Positions 63,684 to 64,000 of a stretch of 64,000 nucleotides of DNA are shown here, piece by piece (within the stretch, counting starts at the first letter, position 1; the number at the start of each line of letters is the position of its first letter). The stretch is from contig NC_068994.1 in assembly GCF_001194135.2 (NCBI RefSeq), forward strand, positions 54,237,157 through 54,301,156. Direction: 5' to 3'. Origin of the DNA: Octopus bimaculoides (Eukaryota). The translations under genes were made by a program, and so were the position numbers. The notes under the pieces were generated by a model. That model worked only from the letters and a program-made list of their open reading frames with translations. It was not told the origin of the DNA and searched no databases.

Positions 63684-63940
63684 GTGTGTGTGTGTGTGTG
63701 TGTATGTCCATGTGTATGTCTTTGTGTCTGTGTGTGACACTCACTGTCACAGATTGGCAACCGGATTTGGTGTGCATATGTCCCCACAACTTAGCAGTTT
63801 GGCAAAAGCAATCAATAGAATAACTATCTGGCTTATAAAAAAAAAAGTCTTGGGGGTCAATTCGTTTAACTAAAATTCTTCAAGGTGTTGCTCCAGTATG
63901 GCGACAGTCAAACAACTTGAAAGGAGTAAAAGATAAAAGA
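63470..63940 (+). mobile_element. Family A SINE, near full length, with internal (CA)/(GT) spacer
   Basis: CCACATGGTTCCAGGTTCAGTCC...GTGGCACCTTG...GAACTGAAAGAAG; tail GTAACTTAGC-type and GGGGTCAATTCG...CTCCAGTATGGC. Confidence 0.7.
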
Positions 63941-64000
63941 TAAAAAAAGGACAGTCATTTGAACCTAAGGGATTATAATACTATCTGTGTATAAGAAACT

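Overview
This is AT-rich metazoan genomic DNA with many N gaps, extreme microsatellite density and dense dispersed repeats. The repeat families suggest a coleoid cephalopod, probably Octopus (inference). No prokaryote-type genes, rRNA, intact tRNA or CRISPR array were found, and most long ORFs in the supplied track are microsatellite or N-gap artefacts. The best-supported content is mobile elements. These include several tRNA-derived SINE families (here called A, B, D), RTE-type 3' ends (family C), an RTE reverse-transcriptase fragment, and RLE-type (Dong/R4-like) LINE ends in TAA repeats. Also present are Tc1, mariner and maT-like transposase fragments, Tigger- and piggyBac-type MITEs, a probable Helentron-type non-autonomous element and Penelope-type ends. 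Main highlights: (1) a tRNA-headed SINE-like element carrying a minimal type I hammerhead ribozyme, present as a head-to-head inverted dimer at 2.86-3.26 kb; (2) a second minimal hammerhead at 27.17 kb with the same geometry but a variant CUGUUGA core; (3) a CpG-containing putative promoter with two RFX X-boxes at 23.2 kb, suggesting a ciliary gene; (4) long near-perfect inverted repeats; (5) phase-compatible candidate exons of an unidentified gene, whose strand cannot be settled from sequence alone.
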